A DNA stretch of 64,000 nt from Anthoceros angustus. Lineage: Eukaryota; Plantae; Anthocerotophyta. Below, one piece after another: positions 1 through 12,699 of the stretch. The notes below the pieces were generated by a model. The model did not search any database. It was not told the origin of the DNA and saw only the letters and a program-made list of their open reading frames with translations. Where the stretch lies: the NCBI GenBank assembly GCA_010909165.1, contig MU008184.1, forward strand, positions 1 to 64,000. Direction: 5' to 3'. The stretch's first letter is position 1. Every line of letters begins with the position of its first letter. The position numbers were made by a program, and so were the translations under genes.

Positions 1-767
1 AAACCTTCGCCATGGCCGGCGGCCGAAGCTTGCCTGAGGCACTCAGCGGGAACTTGCCCACCTTGATCTCGTAACCCAGCTCCTTGGCCTTCTTCGGTCA
101 GGCCCCACAGAGGCGATCTCCGGCGTGCAATAGGTACAGCCCGGAACATTGCCGTAGTCCAGCGGCTCCGGCTGATGGTGGTATTTCTTTTCTCCGTAAG
201 CGATATTCTCAACGCAGGTGATGGCTTCTTTCGAGGCCACGTGCGCGAGGGCCTGCCCGGGAACGCAATCGCCGATGGCATAGATCCACGGTACGGAGGT
301 CTGGTAGAATTTGTCCACGGCGATCAGTCCGCGCTCGGTTTTCACACCCAGCGTTTCCAGTCCGAGGTTCTCGATATTGGCCTGAACACCTACTGCGCTC
401 AGCAGGACGTCGGCTTCCAGCACTACTTCACCGCTGGCCGTCTTCACGGTCGCTTTCACGCCATTGCCCGAGGTGTCTACCTTGGTCACTTCCGAGGAGG
501 TCATCACTTCGATGCCCTGCTTCTTGAAGCTCTTCTCGAGTTCCTTGAGATATCGTCGTCCTCTACCGGTACGATCTTGGGCATGAACTCTACGATGGTC
601 ACCTTGGTGCCCATGCTGTTGTAGAAATAGCCGAACTCCACGCCAATGGCGCCGGAGCCCACTACGATCATGGATTTGGGCTGCTGGGGAGGAATCGCTT
701 CGCGGTAACCGATGATCTTCTTGCCGTCGATGGGCATGGCGGGCAGCTGTCGGCTGCGTCCGCCGGT
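1..767 (-). CDS. lpdA: Bacterial dihydrolipoamide dehydrogenase (E3), internal fragment with frameshifts
   Basis: Joining ORFs 504-737 and 43-771 across frameshifts gives TGGRSRQLP...PKSMIVVGSGAIGVEF (NAD-binding GxGxxG), IYAIGDCVPGQALAHVAS, PGCTYCTPEIASVG and VGKFPLSASGKA. No introns. Runs off the window start; N-terminus is cut at ~767. Confidence 0.92.
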
Positions 768-1683
768 GCACCTAAGACTCTATGACCGGATATCGACTAG
801 AGCATCCCGGCATAAGCCCAATCGAAATGACTAGATATCGATCGGAGCATCTCGCATAAGCCCCGATGTCAAGTGCTTGATGATGTCATGTACATGGCCC
901 ATGGATGGCCCGCACATGACATGTATGCCATGTATGCATGTGTGCCATGTATGCATACGTATGGAGATGAAGGATGACATGTGATGTATGTGGACATGTG
1001 GTGTGATGTGTCATGGCGCATGCAATCTATATGCATGGTGCATGTAAGGCGCGGTTAAGGACGCATATATAGATAGCGATTTATATTAGAAAATACATAA
1101 AAATCATAAATCAAGGAAAAGGACGAATAGGCTGTTAAACACATAAAATATTATTATTTCAAGGCCAAGGAAAGTAGGATTATAAAGTGCCCACCATCGA
1201 TACGGGTGGACACTTCATCGAGAACTCGGGGTTTTGCCTATATATGTAGGCACCCATGGATTCTGGATTGTTGATGTTTGTCTTGTTCTAATAGACAGCC
1301 ATACTTCCTCGCCGTGTCTTTGTCTCCTAGAGGTTCTTGTGGTTCGTATTGTCGTTGGGAGAATTTTCCAGCTTGATTTCACCTGTCATGGTCCCCGGTC
1401 CGCTCTTAGGCAAACCCCTCTTTAGTTTTGCCTTGGCCATAGGCCAAGGACAAATTAAGGCTAGATTGTTGCTCCCGGCCAAGGCCAAGGAGATCGCAGT
1501 GCGTGAAGCTTAGTGACCTAGCTTTGTAGACGTGCTATGTAGGCATGCACATGTCGGCGACATGGCCCCACATCCGTAGGATCACCCGACGGCATCTAGA
1601 GGTAATTGAAGAGGGTGGTGGTAGCTTGGAGCGTGGCCTGGGCTGCTTAGGGGAAGACTTTTCTTTAGGGAGGATTACACGCT

Positions 1684-2765
1684 TGTCAACCCAAAGAGGG
1701 TGTGTTGACTAGCTGGATAGGAATGTTGACAGAGCCATTAAGGCTCACATAGGTAGAATTTGCTAGAATAGAATTTCACCCAAGATGCTTGGATGTCGAA
1801 CTTAAAATCCGACAGGATACACTAAAATAAGGAGTGAGGCAGGCTGTGAGGGCGCGCTGTGGGAGGTCAGTGTGAGGACCTCCCTACAAAAGGAGGGAGC
1901 TTGTGAAGTAAAATTATCGTGTCTTGCGCTCCCCACCGTGAGTCCTTTGCTCCTTGTGAAGGAAGTTCGTGCTACAAGCTAACGAAGGCCCGGTAGAGAG
2001 GGAGTTTGCGACGGCCGGAGTGCTTGGCGGAGGGCCTGCTCCCCGCAGTGTCTCGCGAGTTGCTCCTTGTGAATGGTTGCCGTGTGAATTGCTTTGCTTT
2101 GAGTGTGTGGCGATGCTCAAGGAACTCGGCTTGAGGGTAGAGGGGAAGACTGGAGGTTCTCCGTCCGTGTGAACTACACAAGAACCAAGGAAAACTTGTT
2201 GATTCAGACGGACCTGTGCAAAGGGCGAAGCGAGTTGGAATCAATAAGCTAGATGGTGGTATTAGAGTAGGAGGTCATGGAAGGAGAGTAAGTAGGTGTG
2301 TAGGGCGAAGAAAAGCGTTGATGATGGTAGAGGAACTGAATATTGAGGAGGGACTTAGCGTGTAGATCATAGCCGAAGGCCCAAGGCAGAGCCTAAGGGA
2401 GGTGTCCCAAATCTGCGGCGAGAACGTGCTCCAGTGGTAAGGGGAGCTAGCCCCAGCGGGGAGGATAACATTGCGGTGCGGATCAGGGGGTCCCTGGGTG
2501 CCCACGGTGATTCCACGCTTGCTGAGGCATGGCCTACGATAGTGTCGTGTGTAGGCCGTGAATTGGTGAATTTTCAAGCAAGTAGTGTAGCCGCTGAGGG
2601 GAAGTAGGATGATGCCTTGCTTGTTGAGGGGGTGGTTGTAAATAAATGTGCATGGGTTGAACCTTCCCGTCAACCAAGATCTCATGGGACGAAACCCAAC
2701 GTAAGCGGCTGGGATAAGTGTGGACGCCATGGTGGTGAATCTAAGCCCCGGATCCGCCCACCACA
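1684..2765 (+). repeat. LTR A1
   Basis: TGTCAACCC...GCCCACCACA; near-identical to 15184-16266 apart from mostly indel differences. Confidence 0.9.
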
Positions 2766-2769
2766 TTTT

Positions 2770-2788
2770 TGGCGCCGCTGTCGGGATC
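2770..2788 (+). promoter_or_regulatory. Primer binding site, tRNA-Asp-like
   Basis: TGGCGCCGCTGTCGGGATC just after the LTR. Resembles the complement of the plant tRNA-Asp 3' end (TGGCGCCGTTGCCGGGGATC), as used by Athila-type elements. Confidence 0.8.
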
Positions 2789-3559
2789 TTGTGCCTTGAT
2801 AGACGCGTGCGTGTGGGGAAACCCATCTCTCCGTAGTTGATTGTTGTTGGTGAACTCTCCCACGATGGAGGCACGTGGGGGTTTCCCATATTGACAAATG
2901 TGTTGAAGGGTCATGAGGATGGTTGCGTATGTCTAGGTGGAGGAAGGGATAAGAGTTGAACGAGGGAGATCGCTCCACTGCCTCTCGCTAGAGATCTACG
3001 AGCTGCAAGGAGGAACGATTACGAAGAAAGTGCAACCGCAAAGACGCCAAATTCAAGAGGAAGAAGAAGAGGCAATTGAGGAAGAAGCCGCTTTTGGCGC
3101 TTGCTTGCAAGGGCGGTGAGCGAAGAAGAGGAGGAGGTTGCTAGTGAAGAAGAGGGCGACGAGGTCACGGATAGCGAAGAAAGGAGGTTGTCGAGGAAGA
3201 ATTGGTGCCGCAAGGCAACGTGAAGAAGAGGCATGAACGAGGATACGGGTTGAATTTAAGAGCTTCATTTGTGGAAGCCGGGCCTTCTCAACATTGGGAA
3301 CCCCTCGTGGTGGATCTAGCTCATCTTGAGGAAGAAGAGGGAGGAGGACGGCGTGAGTAGTGTAATTCCAAGTGTGGTCAAGATCTTGCGCTAGTCTTGA
3401 CCGGATTATCACCGACTTACTACCTTGGTGGACGTCCGAGGGGACACCTCACCCAGGCCGTGTTCGAGACTTTGTGCCGACATCCCGCCAGGGAACGCCG
3501 TTGATCGGGCGCACCGCCATGTGAGGAGGTAACTTGAATCGCCGTGCAATCAGCCGGTA

Positions 3560-5000
3560 ACATGAGTGGAACCGCAGGAGGGGAGGAGGTTTGCCTCAAC
3601 CTCACAATGGCAACAATATGTCAAGTTTGGGGAGAAGAAGAAGGGCGACGACGGAGGCATTTGTGCGCACTTTGAGCATGTGTCTCATGCTAACTGGAGG
3701 ACACCGTGGTACGATCGGTTGCGAATTTTCCCGGCCGAGGGGCATGCCCAAGGGTACATAACTTACGGGTGCTGAGATTGGGATTCTTTGAAGACCGCTC
3801 AATCGCCGAGGGCTCGCCTATGCCCACCACACCTTGGCAAAGTTGAGGACCCTTCGCAGAAGAAACGGAGTCATTGTTTGATTACGTTGAACGGTTCTAT
3901 GGATATTTGGATCGAGTCCCCAAGTGTGCACTGTGACTCGCAATCCTCCCACATCGGGTTACTCAGGAGCAAGCCGGATTGGTTTGTGAGCGGTCTATCA
4001 AGGAAAATGGAGGTACATTGTCGACGAGGGACTAAAACTTTGGCTGGAGCAATGGCGTAAGAGTGGGAGTCAAGTTGGAGGAGGAAAGAGAAGGAGTCAT
4101 AAGAAGAGGAAGGGGTCCAGGAGATCTAGTTTGTCTTCTTCTTCTTCCTCCCTCTTCATCTTCATCTTCATCTTCCGAGAGTGAGGAGAGTGGTACCAGG
4201 AAAACTCGTCATCCGATGAAGAATCGAGAAAGCCTACGAACGACGGATGAGGAAAGATCTAGAGAAGGTTAAGAAGAGGCAAGAGGAGGAAGCGCGATCG
4301 AGAAGGAAAGAAAAGGGAACAAAGGCGGGCGGATGGAGAAGGGAGAAACGCCCACCGCAGGAGAGGAGGAATTGCGGTCGTTGAAGCCTTGACCAAGCGA
4401 TTAACGAGTTGGAAGTCAAGGCTGTGAAGAATCGTGCCACACGAGATCGCCTCCCCGCAAGACAGCTTGGTGTATTGCTCGATTTGTCACCAACTGGGCA
4501 CACCAACCGGAATGTATACGAGCCCCACGCCATGCGGAATCATGTGGAGCCGTCATGCCCGGTGATTATTGGTATGTGGATGAGGCTTACTGTGCAGCAC
4601 CGGAGGTCGACCACCGCCGATGAGGGCAACCTACCACCGCAAAGACCGCCAATCATGAGGTACGGGTCTCGGCCTACCTCGCCAGGTCCATGGAGACCAG
4701 AACCATCTCAGTGACCAACAGCGATTCTACCGGGATGTTGTTACAATTGTGGAGCACCTGGTCACTATTCCAATGATTGCCCAGAACCAAAGAGGCAAAT
4801 GGGGTATGTACCTTTCTGTCAAGTGTGCAAAGAACTGGGACACAAGGCTGGAGATCCGAGGTGTTCAGGGGTGCCACGAGTAGTGCCGACACGTCCAGGA
4901 GTGAGGTTCACAGAGCCTACAATGGGAGCACCTTCCAACCCCAAATCGCTATCACCGTGACTTCAACGCCGCTTTGAAGGTGGAAGCGTAACGATCTTCC
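3560..5000 (+). pseudogene. gag of element A (frameshifted) with several CCHC zinc knuckles
   Basis: QWQQYVKF..GDD.EAFVRTFEHV capsid-like start. CYNCGAPGHYSNDC and CQVCKELGHKAGDPRC at ~4735-4865, plus a frameshifted CSICHQLGHTNREC at ~4470-4515. Boundaries approximate. Confidence 0.75.
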
Positions 5001-5749
5001 GGATGGAGACAATGTGTACTGGGATTGTGGAAGAAGGATATGAGGGAGAAATGAGTGAGGAAGAAGGGTTGTTGCGGCCAAGGTCACCACTAGATCCGAG
5101 CGACGGGAGAAGGACCGAAAGGCCGAAAAGCGCCGTGAGCGAGAGGAACGCAAGAAGAGGAAGGTGAGGGAGGACTCACCTTGGCCACCGGAGACTCGTG
5201 GAAGCCGGAATTTGGCAGAGGAGGAGGAAAATGAGGAGGTCCATGAGGGAGCTACTGTGGTAGGTGTCGGTGCCGGGGAGGGCGACCTACCAAAGAAGTG
5301 AGGAGGGGAGGAAAGGTGTTTCCTCCTGACATTAGTAGGGAAGTAGCAGCAATGTTGGAGGATGAGCTAAGAAGGCTCACCAAGATGCAAAGATGGAGGT
5401 AGAGGTTGGAACCCGTTGTGAATCACGGCCATGGAGTCCCAATGATAGGAGGGCCATGTGTGGGCTTTAAAAATAAGGTCGGAGCCGACCAGCATCGGGC
5501 TGCAAACGGGAGGAAACCTTGTCGATAAGATCTCCGCCGATGCATTGCTTGACCGAGAATTTGTGGTCACTTGAGGCGCTCATGGTGAGTCCAAGATCCC
5601 GCAAAATTGTGAAGGAGGCGATCGGGGAATTCGAGCCTGTGGAGCCGAAGGAGGCCGATGGATCCGGAGGTAAACGTGGTTGAGCTTGTTGATCCGGGGC
5701 ACCGTAAATTGAAATCGAAATTGCGGTGGTGCTTGGTGCCCAATGTGCC

Positions 5750-8700
5750 ATTAGATTCGGATCGGGGTCAACTTGATGATGAGGAGACGGCGATCGCCTT
5801 GGGTTCACCAAGTTCACCGATTCGGTATTCTTGAGGATGGCGGACCACGGAAAACCGTTAGGAGTGTTGAGAAATGTGCCAACCGTGATTGGAGGTCTCA
5901 CGCTCTATCTTACCTACATTGTCATGAGACCAAGGTCGATCTAGGCTACAAGGTCTTGATAGGAAGACCTTGGTTGTACGGAACTGCGTGTGTTTTCGAT
6001 TTTGGTCGTAGTGGTATCACCTTTAAGTCCCGTAGAGTAGGGCCACCTGAGGTAGCTTTTGTGTCATGGAGCAAGGCACCCTACGAAGGGGAAACCGAAC
6101 TCCCGTCCGATGGATATACTTCAGGAGGTACAGGGGTAAGCTCTTCGGGTAGTGACCGGGCTTATCGTGGACCCTCAGCTGAAGTGGTGGAAATAAAACC
6201 CAAGTTGGTGTACTCCTGTCTACAAGTAGAAGCTACCGTAGAAGATGATTCGGAAGGTGCGGAGCACAGGGAAGGGGTAGCCTTTTGGAAAGGGAGAGCA
6301 TATGATCGAGATTTTCCTGATGAAGTATCAGGGAACAGTGTAGGTAGTAGTCCAGAGGGTACCTACGTAGATCCAGATGCTGTGGAAGACTTAGAGCTAG
6401 AACCTAGCAAAGTAGTCAAGATTTCTAGGTACTTAGATGTGGTAGAGAAGAAGGAGTTTTGTAGGTTGCTTAGGGAATATGTAGACATATTTGCTTTCAA
6501 GATTACCGACATGACAGAATTCTCAAGAACCGGGGTACATCGAATAGACTTGAAGGAGGGCAAGACTGAAGGATCAAGCAAGATAGACCGAATCCTAAGT
6601 ACTCTATGGTGGTCAAGGATCAGCTAGACCAAGACTTGGAGGCAGCGATTTATCCGGATTAACAAGCGAGTGGGTGGCACCCATCGTGATTGTGCCAAAG
6701 AAACAAAGAAGGAAAGTGCGGTGTGTCAAGATTTCGTGAAGCTTAACGAGGCCACAAAGAAGGACCACCATCCCTTGCCTTTCATGGACAGCTCGACACC
6801 GTGGGTGTCATGAGATGTATAGCTTGGATGGTTATTCGGTTACAACCAAATCTCTCGAGGAAGGAGGACCAGGACAAGACCACGCTCACAACGGATTGGG
6901 GTACCTATGCTTATTCTAAGTTGCCTTCGGGTTGTGCAATGCCCCGCCACTTTTCGTAGTGAATGCCATATTCGAGATTTTTGAGGAAGTCCATGGAGGT
7001 CTTCCTAGATGATTTTTGCGTGTTTGAAGAAGGAAATTGCATCCGAGCACCGAGACAATGTTTCCGTGCGGAGTCGAACATGAAACTTCATCCAAGTGTT
7101 ATTTCATGACAAGGAATCTTACTAGCACATCGAGTTTCAAAGTGAGGGGTTTGCGTAGATAGGAAAAGGTGTGGTGATAGCGAGATGGACGCCACAAACG
7201 GTGAAGGTGTGCGCCATAGGTTTGGTAGGTTACTATAGAAGATTCATCAAGGATTTTGCCAAGAAGGCGGCCTTGTTGACGCAGCTTGACCAAGAAGGAC
7301 ATGCCCTTTGAATGGACAGAGGCAAGGCAGGAAGCCTTTCAGCAGTTAAAGGATAGCTTGGTGAACGCACCAACGCTACAACCACCAGATTGGGAAAAAC
7401 CATTCCATGTATAGACGTGTCTGCTTACGCTATTGGGACTGTCTTAAGCCAGAAGGACGAGAAGAAGCGGGATCATCCAATTTTCTATGCTGGCAGGCAA
7501 CTTACGGATGCTGAGAGAAATTATTCAACCACTGAGAGGGAAGGTCTTGGCATCATATACTCGTGTAAGAAGTTTAGACACTACCTGCTTGCTTGTAAGG
7601 TGACGTTCCATGTTGATCATTTTGCGTTAAAGTACCTTGTGAACAAGCCGGATTTATCGTGAAGGATTGTGGGTCCTGCTGCTGCAAGAGTTTGATTATG
7701 ATGTAGAAACCAGGCGGAGGCAACATATGAATGCCGATTTTGTTTCCGCCCGAAACTGAGACGGATTGTGGCCACGATGACCGATTTCCGACGAGGAGTT
7801 GGTTGCCAGGCGCAGCTGGGGAGGAAAGGAGTGGAGCAAAGTACAAATGCGATTGAGGTTGTGCAGCAAGAGGTGTTGCTGCAGGACCAAATGCCTGTGG
7901 AAAGGATTTGTGAAGGCAGGAGGACGATCTAGGAGTTCGAGGTGAAGTGAAAGAACAGCAATATGGGTGCAAAGAGGAGCGGGGTGCGCTCTTTAAGGGT
8001 GAGCAGTCAAGAGGGCTGCAAGAGGAGATCACACCGTCGACAGGAGGAGGAGGAGAAATGTCAAGAAATCGCAATTTGAAGGAGTGAGAGGCGGCACACG
8101 AAAATGGTGTGCAGAGGAGGTTTGTGCATTGGAATCTAGGAGCAGAGGAAGCTCAGCATTGGTGGTGTACACGGAGAAGGATTGTAGAGAAACCACACCT
8201 CGGGGAGTGCTTGCAGTGAGGCAGAAGAGCGGCAGTCTACCGATCAGAAGTGAATACCCGGAAAATGCAGCAATGTGAAGAGATCGCAGCTAGAGCACGG
8301 TCTGGGGCTAGTCATGAAACTAGGGAGCATAGAGATGAAGAGGCGGAGATGGCATCGAGAGATGAGTGTGCGATGGTCAGCAAGTGCCGCAGGCCGACGC
8401 ATGGACGGATGGTTTTGCAAGCCGTTGAGGGCGCAGGACCACGGCACCAGAGCAAACTAGAGGGGGCGAGGTACATGGGAAGAGGAGGTCGTGAAGGACT
8501 CCGTCCAGATTTGCTAAATGGTGAGGTACGAAATTCTAGAGCATGGAATCATGCCTGATGGTTTGTCGAGGGAAGGGCGTGCTGTTTTTCTTCACAAAAC
8601 TGCGCCTTATTGTCTAAGAGATGGGGTCTTATACAAGCTTGGTCCGGATGAGAAGATCCGACGTTGTTTGGGAGTGAAGGAAGCTACTCTCGTCATAGAA

Positions 8701-9745
8701 GCTTTGCATGCAGAAGAGGCTGGAGGCCATTATTCGCAAATTACCATGAAGAAGATCCTAGGTGCTTTTGGTGGGCCACGCGAGGGATGTGTGGATTTTG
8801 TTCGAGGTGTGATGCATGTCGGGGTTGGCCAACTTTGTCAACACAATGGCCTCTCACTTATATCCTACCTTTGGCACCTTTCGAGAAGTGGGGCATAGAC
8901 TTTGTAGGTCCAATCAAGCCACCCACACGATGGACGAGGAAGCAATATATCCCGTGGCTACGGACTATTGTACAAAGATGGTGGAGGTCAAGCAACAAGG
9001 AAGGACGACGCACCTGCAGTAGCGAAGTTTCTCTTTGAGAACATTATAACAAGGTATGGATGTCCTTTGGAGTTGGTCAGTGACAGGGGAACTCATTTCC
9101 TCAACTCGGTGATCGAGACTCTCACCACCTACTTCAATATCCGGCATCGAAAGACAACTCCTTACAATCCCAAGGCAAATGGTTTGACGGAAAAGACGAA
9201 TGGTTTGTTGTGCACAATCTTGACCAAGGTAACTATCACTCACATGTATGATTGGGACACTAAGCTACATTCAGCGCTATGGGCTTACAGGACAGCAGAG
9301 AAGGTGACCACCAAGAAGACTCCCTATTATTTAACATATGGGATGTCTCCCGTGATGCCTGTTGAATTTGAGGTACCTACCTACAGGATCATGGAGGATG
9401 AGCGTATGTCTGTAGAGGATAGTCAGCTAGCTAGATTGGAGTCTTTTATTGGGCATGAGGAAGATAGGGAGGATGCTTTGGAGGAGACCCAACGCATCCA
9501 GGAGCTTAGGAAGGATAGACATGACGGGAAGTTACGTAGACAGGCGGCTATTGTGTCCGGGGATTTGGTTCTTCTCTATGATAGCCGATATATGGATTTC
9601 CCAGGGAAGCTTAGGTTGAGGTGGATGGGACCTTATGAGGTCATGGCTGTGTATAAAAACGGCTCAGTACAATTGAAGGAGCTAGACGGGAGCCACTCCC
9701 TACCTGGTGAATGGATGGAAAGTGAAGAAGTACTTTGCAATAGGG
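5750..9745 (+). pseudogene. pol of element A: aspartic protease, RT, RNase H, integrase (frameshifted)
   Basis: Protease LDSG.GVNLM (~5751). RT KLNEATKKDHHPLPF, DGYSGYNQI, PFGLCNAP, VFLDDFCV. RNase H DVSAYAIGTVLSQ...NYSTTEREGLG. Integrase PFEKWGIDFVGP, LVSDRGTHF, PKANGLTE, RWMGPYEV. Confidence 0.92.
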
Positions 9746-10183
9746 AGTGTTGTTCATGAGGACGCAAACAAGTGGGAGGGAGCATGAAATGCAAAACTTT
9801 GGGCCATTCATTTTTTTGGTTGGAGTTGACAAAACTTGGATCAAAACGAACTCGGAAAAGTGCCAAAGGAATTGCCGGGTATTTCTTGGTGGAAGCTTAG
9901 GTTGAGGTGGATGGGACCTTATGAGGTCATGGTGTATAAAAATGGCTCAAGACAATTGAAGGAGCTAGACGGGAGCCACCCCTACTGTGGTGAATGGATG
10001 GAAAGTGAAGAAGTACTTTGCAATCAGAGTGCATTGTTTATGAGGACGCAAACAAGTGGGAGGGAGCATGTGAAATGCAAAACTTTGGGCCATTCATTTT
10101 TTTGGTTGGAGTTGACAAAACTTGGATCAAAACGAACTCGGAAAAGTGCCAAAGGAATTGCCGGGTATTTCTTGGTGGAAGCT
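9605..10183 (+). repeat. Tandem duplication (~286 bp) of the integrase C-terminus and the start of the 3' UTR
   Basis: GGAAGCTTAGGTTGAGGTGGATGGGACC at 9605 and 9891. GGAAGCT occurs at all three junctions (9605, 9891, ~10177). Confidence 0.9.
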
Positions 10184-10679
10184 CGACTCAAGTGAGTGCA
10201 AGTAGAGATCTAGGTAGAGGCACCACAGAAGGTGAGGTGGGCTGCAACATGGGAAGAGATCACACGGGTGTGCATCACGACGGAATTTGCAATGCAAGTC
10301 AAAGTGAAGGGAGGCCGTGTGATGGCCGCGAGGAGAAATGGATAGCAAGGAGGGTTGGTACGAGATGTTGTTGAGGCGTGAGAAGTTCACCGAGGGATAA
10401 GTTCATTTTATTCTAGATGAGTGTCATGCACAAGCCAATTGGGTGTGTTGGACAATGAAATACCGGGATGGGGCACCTTTTGTGTGGGGTGTTTCAGCTT
10501 GTTATATTTGCAGAAGTCACATGAGAGCTAATTGGGAGAGTGTTTGAGTGGTGCACCCTACGCGAAGGAGGTGTAGGGTGGTAGTGGACGTAGGGCATGG
10601 CACTCCCTACCGTAGAGGGGGAGGTGCATCCTACAAGGGGTAGATGTAGGGTAGATGTAGGTGCAAGTAGTATGTAGGG

Positions 10680-12465
10680 TGAGGGTGACAAAGGTGACCC
10701 TACATAGAGTAGGCGAGGGTGACAAAGGTGACCCTACATAGAGTAGGCGAGGGTGAGGGTGAGGTGACCCTACATAGAGTAGGGTGAGGGTGACAAAGGT
10801 GACCCTACATAGATAGGTCAGGGTCCCCACGGGTATGTATGTGGGTAGAAGGCGACACCTTGTAGGGTAGTATGTGGGTGGTATGTGGGTAGTATGTGGG
10901 AGTATGTAGGGTGTGTAGGGTGACAGTGACCCTACATAGGTAGATGTAGGGTGACGGTGACCCTACATAGGTGGGGCCCCTACGGAGGGTGTGTCCATAA
11001 GTAGGGGACAGAGATGCAAGTGGATGTAGGGAGGTGCATCCTACAAGGGGTAGATGTAGGGTAGATGTGGGTAGGGTGAGTGACCATGCATAGATAAGAT
11101 GTAGGGTGACGGTGACCCTACATAGGTAGGTAGGATGAGACCACCTCCCCTAGGAAGTGGGCGCGACACTTGGATACTTGGGAAGCAAGCAGTTTTCAAC
11201 CTAGGAAGTTGTTAAAAGGTATATGCAAGGTTGAGGATAAATAGGGTATATTAGGAATAATAATCCATAAATATGTAAGGCGGTAGTGTAGGGTGTTTAT
11301 AACAAGTAGGGCTACTAAATCGAGGACGGTGGAAATAGTGCCACATGGCAAGGAATCAACGGCCTATATCAAGAGTTTTTTTTGTCACTACCAAAGGGCC
11401 ATGCAAGCGGGTGTGTAGGGGAGGGTGACCCTACATAGTAGGGGCGGGGTAGGGTGAGGTGACCCTACATAGGTAGGGGCAGGGTCCCTGAGGACGGTGT
11501 GGTGTGTGTCCAGTAGGGGACAGAGATGCAAGTAGTATGTAGGGTGGTAGTATGTAGGAGGGTGAAGCAGTATAGTGACCGTGGTGACCATGCATAGATA
11601 AGATGTAGGGTGGTAGGGTGAGGTGGTAGGGTGAGGGTGACCCTACATAGGTAGGGCCACTACGCAAGTGGAAGTGGGGCCGACACTACTTGGATACTTG
11701 GGAAGCAAGTCAGACAGTGTTTCAACCTAGGAAGTTGTTAAAAGGGCGATATGCAAGGTTGAGGATAAATAGGGTATATTAGGAATAATAATCCATAAAT
11801 ATGTAAGGCGGTAGTGTAGGGTGTTTATAACAAGTAGGGCTACTAAATCGAGGACGGTGGAAATAGTGCCACATGGCAAGGAATCAACGGCCTATATCAA
11901 GAGTTTTTTTTGTCACTACCAAAGGGCCATGCAAGCGGGTGTGTAGGGGAGGGTGACCCTACATAGTAGGGGCGGGGTAGGGTGACAAAGGTGACCCTAC
12001 ATAGGTAGGGGCAGGGTCCCTGAGGACGGTGTGGTGTGTGTCCAGTAGGGGACAGAGATGCAAGTAGTAGGTGGTAGTATGTAGGAGGGTGAAGCAGTAT
12101 AGTGACCGTGGTGACCATGCATAGATAAGATGTAGGTGTAGGGTGAGGTGGTAGGGTGAGGTGACCCTACATAGGTAGGGCCACTACGCAAGTGGAAGTG
12201 GGGCCGACACTACTTGGATACTTGGGAAGCAAGTCAGACAGTGTTTCAACCTAGGAAGTTGTTAAAAGGGCGATATGCAAGGTTGAGGATAAATAGGGTA
12301 TATTAGGAATAATAATCCATAAATATGTAAGGCGTAGTGTAGGTGTTTATAACAAGTAGGGCTACTAAATCGAGGACGGAAATAGTGCCACATGGCAAGG
12401 AATCAACGGCCTATATCAAGAGTTTTGTGTCACTACCAAAGGGCCATGCAAGCGGGTGTGTAGGG
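10680..12465 (+). repeat. Nested tandem repeats in the element A 3' region: short GGTGACCCTACATAG units inside ~520-bp units (about 2.5-3 copies)
   Basis: ACTTGGATACTTGGGAAGCAAG recurs at ~11168, ~11688 and ~12212. GGTGACCCTACATAG recurs many times from 10690 to 12175. Confidence 0.9.
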
Positions 12466-12699
12466 AGTGGCAAGGAAGTCTGAGGAATCGCGAGGAAGAG
12501 CTTGGGCATGCACGGAAAGCTAGAGCAAGGACTTGGTGGGAACGCGTGCCCGTGTGTGTGCAAGGAGAAGGTGCAAGAGTTTTTGTGTGTGAAGGGATTT
12601 GAAGCACGACCGTGAAGAGAGCAAGGGCGCTGATTTTTTGTGTGTGCCCGCAACCTTGCAAGTGAGGGATTGGCGTAAGGAGGTGTATGTTGTGAGGAC

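Noticed and set aside
770-1560. Short inverted repeats (CCTTGGCC/GGCCAAGG at 1431-1449; 1185-1215) and a CATG-rich tract as an ncRNA or regulatory cassette
   Set aside because: Looks like a fragment of another repeat or LTR; no boundaries or second copy in the window to define it.
7790-8500. Tat-type additional RNase H
   Set aside because: No recognisable RNase H catalytic motifs in the frames I could read.
10680-12465. CRISPR-like array or His/Pro/Tyr-rich ORFs
   Set aside because: Plain tandem repeats inside a retrotransposon; the ORFs are translations of the repeat.
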